The translations under genes were made by a program, and so were the position numbers. Below, piece by piece: positions 1 to 10,308 of a stretch of DNA of 64,000 nucleotides. The stretch's first letter is position 1. The number at the start of each line of letters is the position of its first letter. Origin of the DNA: Candidatus Omnitrophota bacterium (lineage in GTDB: Bacteria > Omnitrophota > Gorgyraeia > Gygaellales > Profunditerraquicolaceae); assembly GCA_049517335.1 (NCBI GenBank), contig JBEKSD010000002.1:78523-142522 (forward strand), read 5' to 3'. The notes under the pieces are model-generated. The model worked only from the letters and a program-made list of their open reading frames with translations. It ran no database searches and was not told the origin of the DNA.

Positions 1-18
1 ACCCAGAAGAGCAAAAAA

Positions 19-447
19 GTGCGGAAAATAACAATAAAAAATCTTCAAAGGAAGATTCCCGTCTATCCCAAAAGGATAAAAACAGCGGTTCTTAAAGTCT
101 TTACCGCGGAAGGTAAAAAATTATCCCTTGATATAACTGTCTCTTTTGTAAATGATAAATTAATCAGGGAATTAAACCGTAAATTCTTAAAAGTAAACCA
201 CCCAACCGACGTACTGGCCTTTGACTTAAGCCGTGCTCAAGGTAAGAAGCATCTGGTTGCCGACTTGGTCATATCTACGGACACAGCCGAGCACAACGGG
301 AAAATTTATAAAACTTCCACGCAGTACGAACTGGAACTCTACGCAATACACGCAGCGCTGCACCTTTTAGGTTATGACGACCGAACCTTAAAAGGCGCAA
401 ACCTCATGAGAAAAAAAGAATGCCAATTCATAAAACAGACGCCTTAG
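19..447 (+). CDS. ybeY: rRNA maturation endoribonuclease YbeY
   Basis: 142 aa; C-terminal HAALHLLGYDD matches the YbeY H-x3-H-x5-H zinc motif with the third His replaced by Asp. Confidence 0.7.
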   Translation: MRKITIKNLQRKIPVYPKRIKTAVLKVFTAEGKKLSLDITVSFVNDKLIRELNRKFLKVNHPTDVLAFDLSRAQGKKHLVADLVISTDTAEHNGKIYKTSTQYELELYAIHAALHLLGYDDRTLKGANLMRKKECQFIKQTP

Positions 448-1178
448 TTTTAAATAAACGGGAATTCCGCGAAACCTCCCTTATCGCGGATTTATTTACC
501 CGTGATTTTGGTAAAATTTGCGGCTTATTTAAGGCTATCCGCAGCGAACCGACAAAGTTCGCAAGCCCATTGGAAATATTTTCGCTCAACGAAATCATCT
601 TCTATTCCGGTAGAAGCTCGTCTCTACATCTGGTGAGCCAGTGCGATATAAAAGATAATTTCGGTGTTTTAAGACAAAGTATGACAAAAATAGGGGTGGC
701 AAGCTTCATGATGGAGCTTCTTTCGACGCTAATGCCACTGGAAGATAAAAACGAAGAAATATTTGATTTAACCGTAAACTGCCTTAATGAACTTAAAGTA
801 TGCGCTAATCCCAATAAAATAATGACTATCTTTAAAATCAAGGTGCTCGCACTCTCCGGTTTTAAGCCGCATTTTGATTCCTGTATATCCTGTGCGGACA
901 AAGTATCGGGACAGTCGAAATTCAGCCTTGCCTTGGGAGGGCTACTTTGTGGGAAGTGCGAAAAGAAAGATTTTACTTCGCGTAATATCTTCCGCGGCAC
1001 AGTAGCGTCCATCCTGCATATTGAAAAAAGCGACTTACGGGGCGCATTAAACCTCGGGATGAACCCCCAGATCAAACGGGAACTAGAAGCTATCCTAAAC
1101 GCATTTTTAAATTTTCACCTTGAGAAAGAATTAAAATCCCAGAAAGTATTCAATAAAATAGCGGCAATTTCAGTTTAA
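420..1178 (+). CDS. recO: DNA repair protein RecO
   Basis: N-terminal OB-fold-like ALVLNKREFRETS segment plus CxxC...CxxC zinc motif (CISCADK...CGKC); 252 aa. Confidence 0.75.
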   Translation: MPIHKTDALVLNKREFRETSLIADLFTRDFGKICGLFKAIRSEPTKFASPLEIFSLNEIIFYSGRSSSLHLVSQCDIKDNFGVLRQSMTKIGVASFMMELLSTLMPLEDKNEEIFDLTVNCLNELKVCANPNKIMTIFKIKVLALSGFKPHFDSCISCADKVSGQSKFSLALGGLLCGKCEKKDFTSRNIFRGTVASILHIEKSDLRGALNLGMNPQIKRELEAILNAFLNFHLEKELKSQKVFNKIAAISV

Positions 1179-1208
1179 AGTTTAAAATCAAAAAACTGGA
1201 GAAAATAT

Positions 1209-2141
1209 ATGAAAATAGTTATCGTCGGGCCTGGGGCAATCGGCTGCTTATTAGCTTCATTCTTATCCAAGAGCCGTGACGAAATCTGGCTGCTGGATAA
1301 GAATAGCGCACGCGTAGCTAAAATAAACGAAAACGGGATATCTGTTGAAGGCATATCCGGAGAATGTAGCGTAAAAGTAAAAGCTACGGTTGAAACAGAA
1401 AAAATCGGAAAAAGTGATTTAGTAATAATCTCCGTTAAGTCGTATGATACCAAAGAAGCAATATTGGCATGTAAAAACCTGATATCCGATAATACTTCCG
1501 TCTTGACCTTGCAGAACGGCTTAGGTAATCTTGAAATTATCGGTGAAACTGTGGGCACAGATAAAGTAATCGGAGGCGTAACAAATTTAGGCGCGACATT
1601 GTTAGGCGCGGGGAAGGTAAGGCATGCGGGTAAAGGCGAAACCATAATCGGGCGCATAGACGGAAAAATCACCGTCCAGATGCGCCGTATACGCGAGATT
1701 TTCAACGCCTGTGGCCTTGAAACAAGGATATCCAAAGACATAAAAGGCATCTTATGGTCAAAATTAATAATTAATGCCGGCATTAACGCGCTTACCGCCA
1801 TAACAAGACTGCATAACGGTAGAATAATTGAATTTGAAGGAACGCGCAAAATCCTTCGCGAAACAGTCACGGAAGCAGTGCGTATTTCAAAAAGGAAAAG
1901 AATCAAGCTCATTTATGACGATCCGCTGGCAAAAGCCGAAGCAGTATGCGAGGCAACTTCAGGGAATATTTCATCAATGCTGCAGGACGTTTTAAGAAAA
2001 AAACGTACGGAAATTGATTTCATAAACGGCGCCATTGTCCGGCAGGCTCAAGAATTAGGCATACCCGTCCCTTCAAACCAAATGCTGGTTGACCTGGTAA
2101 AAACCATAGAAACAAGTTATAAATTCGCCGTCAAAGAATAG
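1209..2141 (+). CDS. panE: 2-dehydropantoate 2-reductase (ketopantoate reductase)
   Basis: N-terminal Rossmann motif MKIVIVGPGAIG; ApbA/PanE-like length and layout; panB nearby. Confidence 0.7.
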   Translation: MKIVIVGPGAIGCLLASFLSKSRDEIWLLDKNSARVAKINENGISVEGISGECSVKVKATVETEKIGKSDLVIISVKSYDTKEAILACKNLISDNTSVLTLQNGLGNLEIIGETVGTDKVIGGVTNLGATLLGAGKVRHAGKGETIIGRIDGKITVQMRRIREIFNACGLETRISKDIKGILWSKLIINAGINALTAITRLHNGRIIEFEGTRKILRETVTEAVRISKRKRIKLIYDDPLAKAEAVCEATSGNISSMLQDVLRKKRTEIDFINGAIVRQAQELGIPVPSNQMLVDLVKTIETSYKFAVKE

Positions 2142-2149
2142 ACGAACAG

Positions 2150-3859
2150 ATGAATGTAGCTGAACTTAGCGCACTATTCCGCAATATTGCAAGCATACTG
2201 GAAATAAGGGGCGAGAATGTTTTCCGTATCCGCGCGTACGAGAAAGCCGCCGAAAGTATTGAGCGTTTCCCTAATACGCTTGAAACCCTGATTAAAGAAG
2301 ACAGGCTTAGCGAAATCCCCGGTATCGGCAAAGACCTCTCGTTAAAGATTAAAGAATTCTACGCAACAGGAAAGATCAAAGCTTACGAAGACCTAAAAAA
2401 AACAATCCCCCAAGGCCTGCTTGAGCTCCTTAATATCCCTTCGGTCGGCCCGAAAACTGCAAAACTCCTTTTTGAAAAATTAAAAATTAAGAGCCTTGCC
2501 GACCTTGAAAAAGCCATCAAGCAGAATAAATTAACCGGGCTAGCCGGAATAAAAGAGAAAACGATCCAAAATATCGCAAAAGGCCTTGAAATATTAAAAA
2601 AGGGGAGAAAACGCATGACCCTCCAGCAGGCAATGGACCTTTCAGATACTTTCCTCTCCAATATGAGCAAGACCCCCGAAGTAAAAGACATTGAAACTGC
2701 GGGATCCCTGCGGAGGAAAACGGAAACTGTCGGTGACATTGATATACTGATTACCTCAAAAGAACCGGAAAAAATAATGGATCTTTTTGTAAAATTACCC
2801 GACGTAAAAACTGTTTTAGCTAAAGGCGAAACTAAATCCTCAATACGCACCAAAAACGACATTCAGGTTGACTGCCGCGTGGTTGAACAAAGGTCATTCG
2901 GGGCTGCCTTATTATATTTTACCGGCTCCAAAGACTTTAATATCAGGCTCCGGCAGCTTGCTATAAAAAAAGGGTTAAAAATAAATGAATACGGCGTATT
3001 CAGGAAGGATAAATTTATCTGCGGCAGGACGGAAGAGGAGATCTTTAAGACCCTCGGCATGAGTTTCGTGGTGCCTGAATTGCGAGAAAACAGAGGGGAG
3101 ATAGAGCTGGCTTTAAAGGGAAAATTACCTGAGCTGATCGGGTTAAAAGACATTAAAGGTGACCTACATGTTCATTCCGAATGGTCTGACGGGCTTAACT
3201 CCATTACCGAGATGGCCGAGGCAGCAAAGGCTTTAGGATATTCCTATATTGCCGCAACCGACCACTCACAAAGTTTAAAAGTCGCTGGTGGCTTAAACGT
3301 TAAGAGACTGCTGGAGAAAAAAAAGGAAATTGAAAAAATTAACTCACGCTTGAGTAATTTCAGGGTCCTCTTAGGTACGGAAGCAGAAATAGATTCTGAC
3401 GGTAATATTGATTATAGCGATAAAATCTTGAAAGAAATAGACATCGTTGTTGCCGCCATACATTCTGGTTTTAAACAGGGGAAAGATAAGCTTACCAAGA
3501 GAACAATCAAAGCCTGCTCCAATAAATACGTACATATAATCGCCCATCCTACGGGAAGGCTCTGGGGGATGCGGGACGCTTATGAACTGGATTTTAAGGA
3601 AATTTTTAAGGCTGCCCATGATACGAATACTGCATTGGAAATCAACTCTTACCCCGAGCGCCTTGATTTAAACGACAACAATGCCCGTGCAGCAGTTGAA
3701 GAAAAAGTAAAATTAGCCGTTAATACGGATGCCCATAGAATTGAACACTTAAAAGCAATACAGTTCGGCCTTGCGGTCGCCCGCAGGGGCTGGGTGGCTA
3801 AAGATGACGTAATCAATACTTTAACAGTAGATAATTTATTAAAAAAAATAAAAAAATAA
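2150..3859 (+). CDS. polX: DNA polymerase X family protein with C-terminal PHP phosphoesterase domain
   Basis: 569 aa; Pol-beta-like HhH/palm N-terminus (GIGKDLSLKI, DIDIL); PHP His/Asp motifs (HVHSEWSDG, ATDHSQS). Confidence 0.8.
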   Translation: MNVAELSALFRNIASILEIRGENVFRIRAYEKAAESIERFPNTLETLIKEDRLSEIPGIGKDLSLKIKEFYATGKIKAYEDLKKTIPQGLLELLNIPSVGPKTAKLLFEKLKIKSLADLEKAIKQNKLTGLAGIKEKTIQNIAKGLEILKKGRKRMTLQQAMDLSDTFLSNMSKTPEVKDIETAGSLRRKTETVGDIDILITSKEPEKIMDLFVKLPDVKTVLAKGETKSSIRTKNDIQVDCRVVEQRSFGAALLYFTGSKDFNIRLRQLAIKKGLKINEYGVFRKDKFICGRTEEEIFKTLGMSFVVPELRENRGEIELALKGKLPELIGLKDIKGDLHVHSEWSDGLNSITEMAEAAKALGYSYIAATDHSQSLKVAGGLNVKRLLEKKKEIEKINSRLSNFRVLLGTEAEIDSDGNIDYSDKILKEIDIVVAAIHSGFKQGKDKLTKRTIKACSNKYVHIIAHPTGRLWGMRDAYELDFKEIFKAAHDTNTALEINSYPERLDLNDNNARAAVEEKVKLAVNTDAHRIEHLKAIQFGLAVARRGWVAKDDVINTLTVDNLLKKIKK

Positions 3860-3901
3860 TTTCTTTAAAAAAATCTTTGTGATAAAATTAAGCTTAAAAA
3901 A

Positions 3902-4726
3902 ATGTTCATAATAATCAATAAAGAAGAGCTGGCGCAGGAAATAACCAAGCTTGAAATCCAGGCGCCGCAAGTAGCGGATAAAGCCAAAGCAGGACAATTT
4001 GTAAAAATTATCATCAGTGAAAAGGGCGAGGCAGTGCCTTTAACTTTAGCTGATTGGGATAAAGAAAAAGGCACAATTACTTTAATTTTTCAGAAAGCCG
4101 GTTTTACCACAAAAACATTGGGGTTGCTTAACCGAGAGGACAATATCAACCATATACTCGGGCCACTTGGGCACCCTACTGAAATAAAGAATTTAGGGGA
4201 AGTTTACTGTATAGGCGCAGGTGTGGGTATTGCCGAACTATATCCTGTGGCGCGCGCTTTTAAGAAAGCAGGGAACCGTGTTATCGGGATTATCGGCTCG
4301 CGCAAAAAAGAGCTGGTTATTCTGGAGGACGAACTGCGTAAAGTTACGGACGAATTATTCATTACTACTGATGACGGTTCTTACGGAAAAAAAGGACTTG
4401 TTACCGATATTTTAAGAGAGTTGTTTGAAGTAATTGAAAAATCTACGCATACCAAATATCCGGCGCAAGTCTATGCAATCGGCCCGGTAAGAATGATGCA
4501 AGCAGTTGCGGAGTTTACACGCAATTATCAGGTAAGAACTATTGTCAGCGTAAACCCGATTATGGTTGACGCAACCGGCATGTGCGGCTCATGCCGCTGC
4601 ACTGTCGCAGGCAAAACTGTGTTTGGCTGCGTGGACGGCCCTGATTTTGACGGGCACAAACTGGATTTTGAAGAATTAGTAAAAAGACTGGATTCATTTA
4701 AAACACAAGAAGATAAACTTAAATAA
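3902..4726 (+). CDS. nfnA: NfnA/SudB-like ferredoxin-NADP(+) reductase small subunit (FAD, 2Fe-2S); PyrK-like fold
   Basis: 274 aa; C-terminal cluster motif CGSCRC...C.DGPDFDG; a GltD-like partner lies 2.6 kb downstream. Confidence 0.55.
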   Translation: MFIIINKEELAQEITKLEIQAPQVADKAKAGQFVKIIISEKGEAVPLTLADWDKEKGTITLIFQKAGFTTKTLGLLNREDNINHILGPLGHPTEIKNLGEVYCIGAGVGIAELYPVARAFKKAGNRVIGIIGSRKKELVILEDELRKVTDELFITTDDGSYGKKGLVTDILRELFEVIEKSTHTKYPAQVYAIGPVRMMQAVAEFTRNYQVRTIVSVNPIMVDATGMCGSCRCTVAGKTVFGCVDGPDFDGHKLDFEELVKRLDSFKTQEDKLK

Positions 4727-4732
4727 TTTTTT

Positions 4733-7324
4733 ATGAAAAATAACGGTATAAAAAATAAAACCGCCCTTAAAACTAACCTGCACTATAAATCTCAGGACAT
4801 GGACTTTGACTACATAAATTGTACCACGGAATTACTTTTTGATAAATTCAAAACAACAGAAAAAGGCCTTTCGGAAAATGAAGCCTCCCGCAGGCTAGCC
4901 GACTACGGCTATAATGAACCCGCCAAAAAAAAGAAAAGAACCATTGCTAGGGAAATTCTGTCCAAGTTCGTTAACCCTCTAGTTATAGTATTGCTTATCA
5001 TTGCTGGTTTCTCATTGTTTTTCGGTGAGAAAATAAGCGCTTTAATAGTTTCCCTCATGGCTATTATGAGTGTTACGCTTGCTTTTGTGCAAGAACACCG
5101 CGCAAGCAAGGCAGCTGAAAAGCTTAGCGAAATGGTGCGTACTACCGCCACCGTTATACGTAATGGTAAACCAAAAGAGATAAGTATTAAGGAAATAGTT
5201 CCTGGAGATGTTGTTGATCTTTTCGCAGGAGACATGATTCCCGCTGATTTACGCATAATTTCCTGCAAGGACCTGTTTATTAATCAGGCTTCTTTAACCG
5301 GAGAGTCTTTCCCGATTGAGAAAGTAGCTACTCCTATTACTCCCAAAAATAATTCTATTTCTGAATTAAATAACATTGCCTTTATGGGTTCAAGTGTTGT
5401 TAGTGGTACCGCTTTGGGTGTAGTCATAAAAACCGGCATAGCTACACAATTCGGAGAACTCTCACGTAAACTTACTACCATACGCATAGAAACTAGCTTT
5501 GATAAAGGAGTTAATAAGTTTACGATGTTAATGGTTAAGGTAATGATTTGTATGGTCGTGGTTATCTTTGCTATCATTGCTTTTCGCCATGGGAATTTTA
5601 TTGAAGCGCTGCTTTTTTCTCTTGGTGTTGCAGTTGGTCTTACGCCCGAAATGCTTCCCATGATTGTAACACTGAATCTTTCCAAGGGTGCAATTTCCAT
5701 GTCAAAAAAAGAAGTTATTGTCAAACGTCTGAATTCTATTCAGAACTTCGGTGCCATGGATGTCTTATGCACGGATAAAACCGGTACTCTTACCATGGAC
5801 AAGATTGTGTTAGAAAAACACTGCGATGTAGTGAGAAAAAATGACGATGATACCCTACGCTACGCTTACATCAATAGTTTTTATCAGACGGGCCTTAAGA
5901 ACCTTTTAGATAGGGCAATACTTAAGTATGAAAAATTACTGGTAAAGCAATATAAAAAGGTTGATGAGATACCGTTTGATTTTTCTAGGAAGATCATGTC
6001 TGTAGTAGTCGAGGCAGAGGATAAACACAAGATTATTTCAAAAGGTGCGCCGGAAGAGATATTCAAAAGATGTACTCAGTACGAGTTGGACGGAGAGATT
6101 AATGATATTGACCCACTTATTATTTCAGATCTAAAAGAGGAATTTGATAGTTTAAGCGCAGATGGTTTTAGGGTTTTGGCTGTCGCATATAAAAATTTCG
6201 ATAATAAGAAAGACGCATATTCAAAAGATGATGAGAAAGATTTGATTCTTAAAGGCTACATTGCTTTCCTTGATCCTCCAAAAACAAGTTCAAAAAGGGC
6301 TATTCAAGCGCTTAAAAAACTGGGTATAGATTTTAAGGTTTTAACTGGAGACAATGAATTAGTCACTAGAAAAATATGCAGTGAAGTTGGCCTGGATGTC
6401 AAAGGGTTAGTAACCGGAGATATAGTAGAAAAGGCAAGTGATAACGAACTAAAAGAGTTAGTGAAAACAACTAATATTTTTTCTAGGCTTTCACCTATGC
6501 AAAAAGAAAGAGTAATTCATGCCCTACATGCCAATGGGCATATCGTAGGCTATCTGGGTGACGGCATAAACGACGCTCCGGCATTAAAAAGTTCGGATGT
6601 CGGGATTTCGGTAAATAATGCAGTAGATATTGCCAAGGAATCGGCTGATATCATCTTGCTTAAAAAGAGCCTTATGGTCTTAGAGGACGGTGTAGTAGAG
6701 GGAAGAAAAGTCTTCGGTAATATTATTAAATATATTAAGATGGGTTCAAGCTCTAACTTCGGGAACATGTTTAGCATGACTGGCGGTAGCTTGTTTTTGC
6801 CGTTTTTGCCGATGTTGCCTATCCAGATTCTTTTGAATAATTTCCTTTATGATGTATCGCAGATTGCGATTCCTACTGATCAGGTTGATAATGAATATAT
6901 ACTGAAACCTAGGCCTTGGAACGTTAAGTATATCAGGAATTTTATGATGATTATTGGGCCAATCAGCTCAATTTATGATTTTCTAACTTATGGGGTTATG
7001 TTATTTATTTTTCATTCTTCAGCCGAACTTTTTCATACCGGTTGGTTTATAGAATCATTATGTACTCAGACTTTAGTTATACATATAATCCGAACAGGAA
7101 AAATTCCTTTTGTTGAGAGCCGGCCGAGTAGATTCTTAATGTTGATGTCTTTGCTTATAGTTTCTATAGGCATTGCTATCCCATTTAGCCCATTAGCTAA
7201 ACCTTTCGGGTTTGTAAAGCCGCCGCCTATGTATTTTGTGGCACTATTTATTATGACTGTTACTTACTTGTTTCTTGTTCAATTAGTTAAGAAATGGTTT
7301 ATTAGGAAGTACGGTTATGAATGA
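4733..7324 (+). CDS. mgtA: Magnesium-translocating P-type ATPase
   Basis: 863 aa; DKTGTLT phosphorylation motif, PEMLP motif in TM4, GDGINDAPAL hinge; no heavy-metal-binding N-domain. Confidence 0.8.
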   Translation: MKNNGIKNKTALKTNLHYKSQDMDFDYINCTTELLFDKFKTTEKGLSENEASRRLADYGYNEPAKKKKRTIAREILSKFVNPLVIVLLIIAGFSLFFGEKISALIVSLMAIMSVTLAFVQEHRASKAAEKLSEMVRTTATVIRNGKPKEISIKEIVPGDVVDLFAGDMIPADLRIISCKDLFINQASLTGESFPIEKVATPITPKNNSISELNNIAFMGSSVVSGTALGVVIKTGIATQFGELSRKLTTIRIETSFDKGVNKFTMLMVKVMICMVVVIFAIIAFRHGNFIEALLFSLGVAVGLTPEMLPMIVTLNLSKGAISMSKKEVIVKRLNSIQNFGAMDVLCTDKTGTLTMDKIVLEKHCDVVRKNDDDTLRYAYINSFYQTGLKNLLDRAILKYEKLLVKQYKKVDEIPFDFSRKIMSVVVEAEDKHKIISKGAPEEIFKRCTQYELDGEINDIDPLIISDLKEEFDSLSADGFRVLAVAYKNFDNKKDAYSKDDEKDLILKGYIAFLDPPKTSSKRAIQALKKLGIDFKVLTGDNELVTRKICSEVGLDVKGLVTGDIVEKASDNELKELVKTTNIFSRLSPMQKERVIHALHANGHIVGYLGDGINDAPALKSSDVGISVNNAVDIAKESADIILLKKSLMVLEDGVVEGRKVFGNIIKYIKMGSSSNFGNMFSMTGGSLFLPFLPMLPIQILLNNFLYDVSQIAIPTDQVDNEYILKPRPWNVKYIRNFMMIIGPISSIYDFLTYGVMLFIFHSSAELFHTGWFIESLCTQTLVIHIIRTGKIPFVESRPSRFLMLMSLLIVSIGIAIPFSPLAKPFGFVKPPPMYFVALFIMTVTYLFLVQLVKKWFIRKYGYE

Positions 7325-8688
7325 TGCCTAAATTGACGTCCAAACAAGGACCCAAAGAACGGATTAAAAATTTTTTCGAAGTTGCGCTGGGTTTCTCTAA
7401 AAAAGAAGCTGAAGAGGAAGCTAAGCGCTGCCTTCAATGTAAAGAGCCACTTTGCGTTAAAGGATGTCCGGTTGAAATTGATATACCGGCATTTATAAAG
7501 TTAATAAAAGAAGGCGAGCCTGAAAAGGCGCTAAAAAAAATAAAAGAAAAGAATGCCCTGCCTGCTGTCTGCGGAAGAGTTTGCCCGCAGGAAAACCAGT
7601 GTGAAGCAGTGTGCGTATTAAATAAAAAGAAAATCGCAATAAATATCGGGGCATTAGAAAGATACGCGGCAGACCATGGAATTAACAGGCCAGTCACCAA
7701 CGAGCCACTCCGCAAAAATATAAAAGTGGCTGTTGTGGGAAGCGGGCCTGCAGGCCTTACCTGTGCAGCTAGCCTTGCAAAAATGGGCTATATAGTGATG
7801 CTCTTTGAATCCTTGCACCTTCCCGGCGGGGTTTTATCTTACGGTATCCCGGAATTCCGCCTGCCTAAGGAAATAGTCCAGAGAGAGGTTGAATACATAA
7901 AAAACTTGGGCGTTGATTTAAAAACGGACATTTTAATCGGAAGTACATACTCCTTAAACGACCTTTTTGCTGCCGGCTACAAGGCAATTTTTTTGGCTGT
8001 GGGCGCAGGTTTACCGCAGTTTTTGGGCATTCCAGGAGAAAACCTTGCCCGAGTTTATTCGGCAAATGAATTCTTAACCCGGACAAACTTAATGAAAGCC
8101 TACAAGTTTCCCGAATACGCCACGCCTATAAACATAGGAAAGAAAGTGGCGGTTATCGGAGGAGGAAATGTGGCTTTGGATTCGGCAAGAACAGCTTTAC
8201 GCCTAGGAAAACAGGTCTTCTTAGTTTACCGCCGGACGGAACTGGAGATGCCCGGCCGACTTGAAGAGATTACAAACGCCAAAGAAGAAGGGGTTATTTT
8301 TAAATTCCTCACCCAGCCAATAAGGATACTCGGGGATGACTCCGGATTTGTCAAAGGCTTGGAGTGCATAAAAATGGAGCTGGGAGAAATGGATTCATCC
8401 AACAGAAGAAAACCCATTCCGGTTAAAGGCTCAAATTTTATTTTAGATGCAGATACGGTTATTGTGGCAATAGGGCAAAACCCTAATCCGCTCTTAGCAA
8501 AAACAACTGAAGGCTTAAAGATTAAAAGTAACGGCACAGTTATAGTTGATGAAAACTATATGACTTCATTAGCAGGAGTATTTGCCGGAGGCGATATAAT
8601 CACTGGCGCAGATACCGTAATTCAGGCAATGGGCGCAGGAAAGAAAGCCGCAATAGCCATAGATAAATATCTAACCCGCGGAGGATAA
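7321..8688 (+). CDS. nfnB: NfnB/GltD-like NADPH-dependent oxidoreductase large subunit (2x4Fe-4S, FAD)
   Basis: 455 aa; N-terminal Cys clusters CLQCKEPLCVKGCP and CGRVCPQENQCEAVC; two dinucleotide-binding GxGxxG regions. Confidence 0.65.
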   Translation: MMPKLTSKQGPKERIKNFFEVALGFSKKEAEEEAKRCLQCKEPLCVKGCPVEIDIPAFIKLIKEGEPEKALKKIKEKNALPAVCGRVCPQENQCEAVCVLNKKKIAINIGALERYAADHGINRPVTNEPLRKNIKVAVVGSGPAGLTCAASLAKMGYIVMLFESLHLPGGVLSYGIPEFRLPKEIVQREVEYIKNLGVDLKTDILIGSTYSLNDLFAAGYKAIFLAVGAGLPQFLGIPGENLARVYSANEFLTRTNLMKAYKFPEYATPINIGKKVAVIGGGNVALDSARTALRLGKQVFLVYRRTELEMPGRLEEITNAKEEGVIFKFLTQPIRILGDDSGFVKGLECIKMELGEMDSSNRRKPIPVKGSNFILDADTVIVAIGQNPNPLLAKTTEGLKIKSNGTVIVDENYMTSLAGVFAGGDIITGADTVIQAMGAGKKAAIAIDKYLTRGG

Positions 8689-8693
8689 ACGAG

Positions 8694-9524
8694 ATGCCAA
8701 AGATAACTGTTCAGGATATTCTGGCCTTAAAAGGTAAACGTAAAATAACCATGCTTACCGCTTATGATTATCCGCTTGCGGCATTAGTGGATAAAACAGG
8801 CATTGATATGATTTTAGTCGGAGACTCACTGGCTAATGTTGTTTTAGGGCTTGATTCAACGACAAAAGTGGGTATGCCTGAAATGCTGCATCATGCAAAA
8901 GCGGTAACCCGTGCGGTAAAACACGCGCTGGTAGCCGGGGATATGCCTTATGATTCTTATCAGGTCAACCCGGAAGAATGCGTAAAGAACGCAAGAAGGT
9001 TTATCTCTGAGGCAAACTGTGACTGTGTAAAGCTTGAGTGGTTTGACAAATGCTTGGAGGTAACCGAAAAAATCATCAAGGCGGGAATTCCGGTAATCGG
9101 GCATATTGGTTTAACTCCGCAAACCGCAGAAAAAATAGGCGGTTTTAAAGTTCAGGGAAAGGATGCAGAAGCCGCTAAACGCTTAATTGAGCAAGCACTT
9201 GAGCTGGAAAAACTAGGGGCCTTTGCGCTTGTCCTTGAATGCGTACCGGATAAGATTGCCGAAATAATCACAAAGAAGCTTAAAATCCCGAGCATCGGAA
9301 TAGGCGCTGGCTCCCATTGCGACGGGCAGGTTTTGGTGATGCACGATATGCTCGGCCTTTTTGAACGCTATACCCCGAAGTTTGTAAAAAAATATATCAA
9401 TCTTTCTCCCATGATCTTGAAAGCCATTGAAGAATTTAAAACAGAAGTTGTTGAAGGGAAATTTCCTGGTCCAGAGCATACCTTCAGTATCAAAGAAGAA
9501 GAAATAAAAAAACTTAAAGCATGA
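8694..9524 (+). CDS. panB: 3-methyl-2-oxobutanoate hydroxymethyltransferase
   Basis: 276 aa; conserved KITMLTAYDYP and VGDSLANVVLG motifs. Confidence 0.85.
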   Translation: MPKITVQDILALKGKRKITMLTAYDYPLAALVDKTGIDMILVGDSLANVVLGLDSTTKVGMPEMLHHAKAVTRAVKHALVAGDMPYDSYQVNPEECVKNARRFISEANCDCVKLEWFDKCLEVTEKIIKAGIPVIGHIGLTPQTAEKIGGFKVQGKDAEAAKRLIEQALELEKLGAFALVLECVPDKIAEIITKKLKIPSIGIGAGSHCDGQVLVMHDMLGLFERYTPKFVKKYINLSPMILKAIEEFKTEVVEGKFPGPEHTFSIKEEEIKKLKA

Positions 9525-10264
9525 AAATTAAAGATAGAATAATCAAATATTTAAGCGCAGCAATATTCCTTATTGCCGGCCTTAGCTTTATAGCCAAATT
9601 CGGAGGGCCTCAGATATTAAAGTATTACGTCCAAACAGGCATAGGCGACTGCGAAAGAATCCCGATTTTTTGCATGTCTCCGTACGAAACGATAGACGTT
9701 TCAAAACCGAATTCCGCATACATGGCCGAACTTGTTCCTTATAAAGCTTACAAAATCTCGGCATATGTACCGAAAGGTTTTAACGTCGTGCAGGAACTGA
9801 TTATGAAAACAAGCTTTAAAAAACATAAGCGCATGTTTAAGGGAGATATTATTTATATGCTTTGTCAGGATAAAGATTTTTTTACCCGACTATACCCCCA
9901 ATTGAAAAAAGAGGGCGTAAACGACAACTATGAGTTCATCCGCCGCGTTATGTACGCGAAAGAGGATGAAATCAATAATATAACCGATACCTTTTTCGTA
10001 ATTATGAAAGGAATATTCATTCCGGATATCGGAAACCAGTTAAACGCAAAAATGATACGGGTAAATCTAGGCGGATTCAAAGGCTTCATAAATTACAATA
10101 TGGAAAAAACGGGGAATTATTTTGACTGTAACGTTGTTGACGGAGAAGGGAAATTTTTTAAGGTATATATTAAAGATAAAAGCAGGGTTCTTAATTTGGA
10201 GAAGGTTTTTACCATTCTCTCAACCGTAAAATGCATTGACGCGGGAATTCTCTTGCCCCGTTAG
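9521..10264 (+). CDS. hypothetical protein with N-terminal transmembrane anchor
   Basis: 247 aa ORF; 4-nt overlap with panB; no recognisable motif. Confidence 0.4.
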   Translation: MKIKDRIIKYLSAAIFLIAGLSFIAKFGGPQILKYYVQTGIGDCERIPIFCMSPYETIDVSKPNSAYMAELVPYKAYKISAYVPKGFNVVQELIMKTSFKKHKRMFKGDIIYMLCQDKDFFTRLYPQLKKEGVNDNYEFIRRVMYAKEDEINNITDTFFVIMKGIFIPDIGNQLNAKMIRVNLGGFKGFINYNMEKTGNYFDCNVVDGEGKFFKVYIKDKSRVLNLEKVFTILSTVKCIDAGILLPR

Positions 10265-10308
10265 AAATATTATGGTAATATATTTTTCTATTTGAGGTTA
10301 TTAAATTT

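Noticed and set aside
602-1912. Antisense or overlapping ORFs inside recO and panE on the minus strand (for example 602-1075 and 1175-1912), and many similar 60-160 aa ORFs opposite large genes throughout
   Set aside because: They lie fully within well-supported genes on the other strand, have low-complexity composition and no motifs; they are spurious products of AT-rich sequence.
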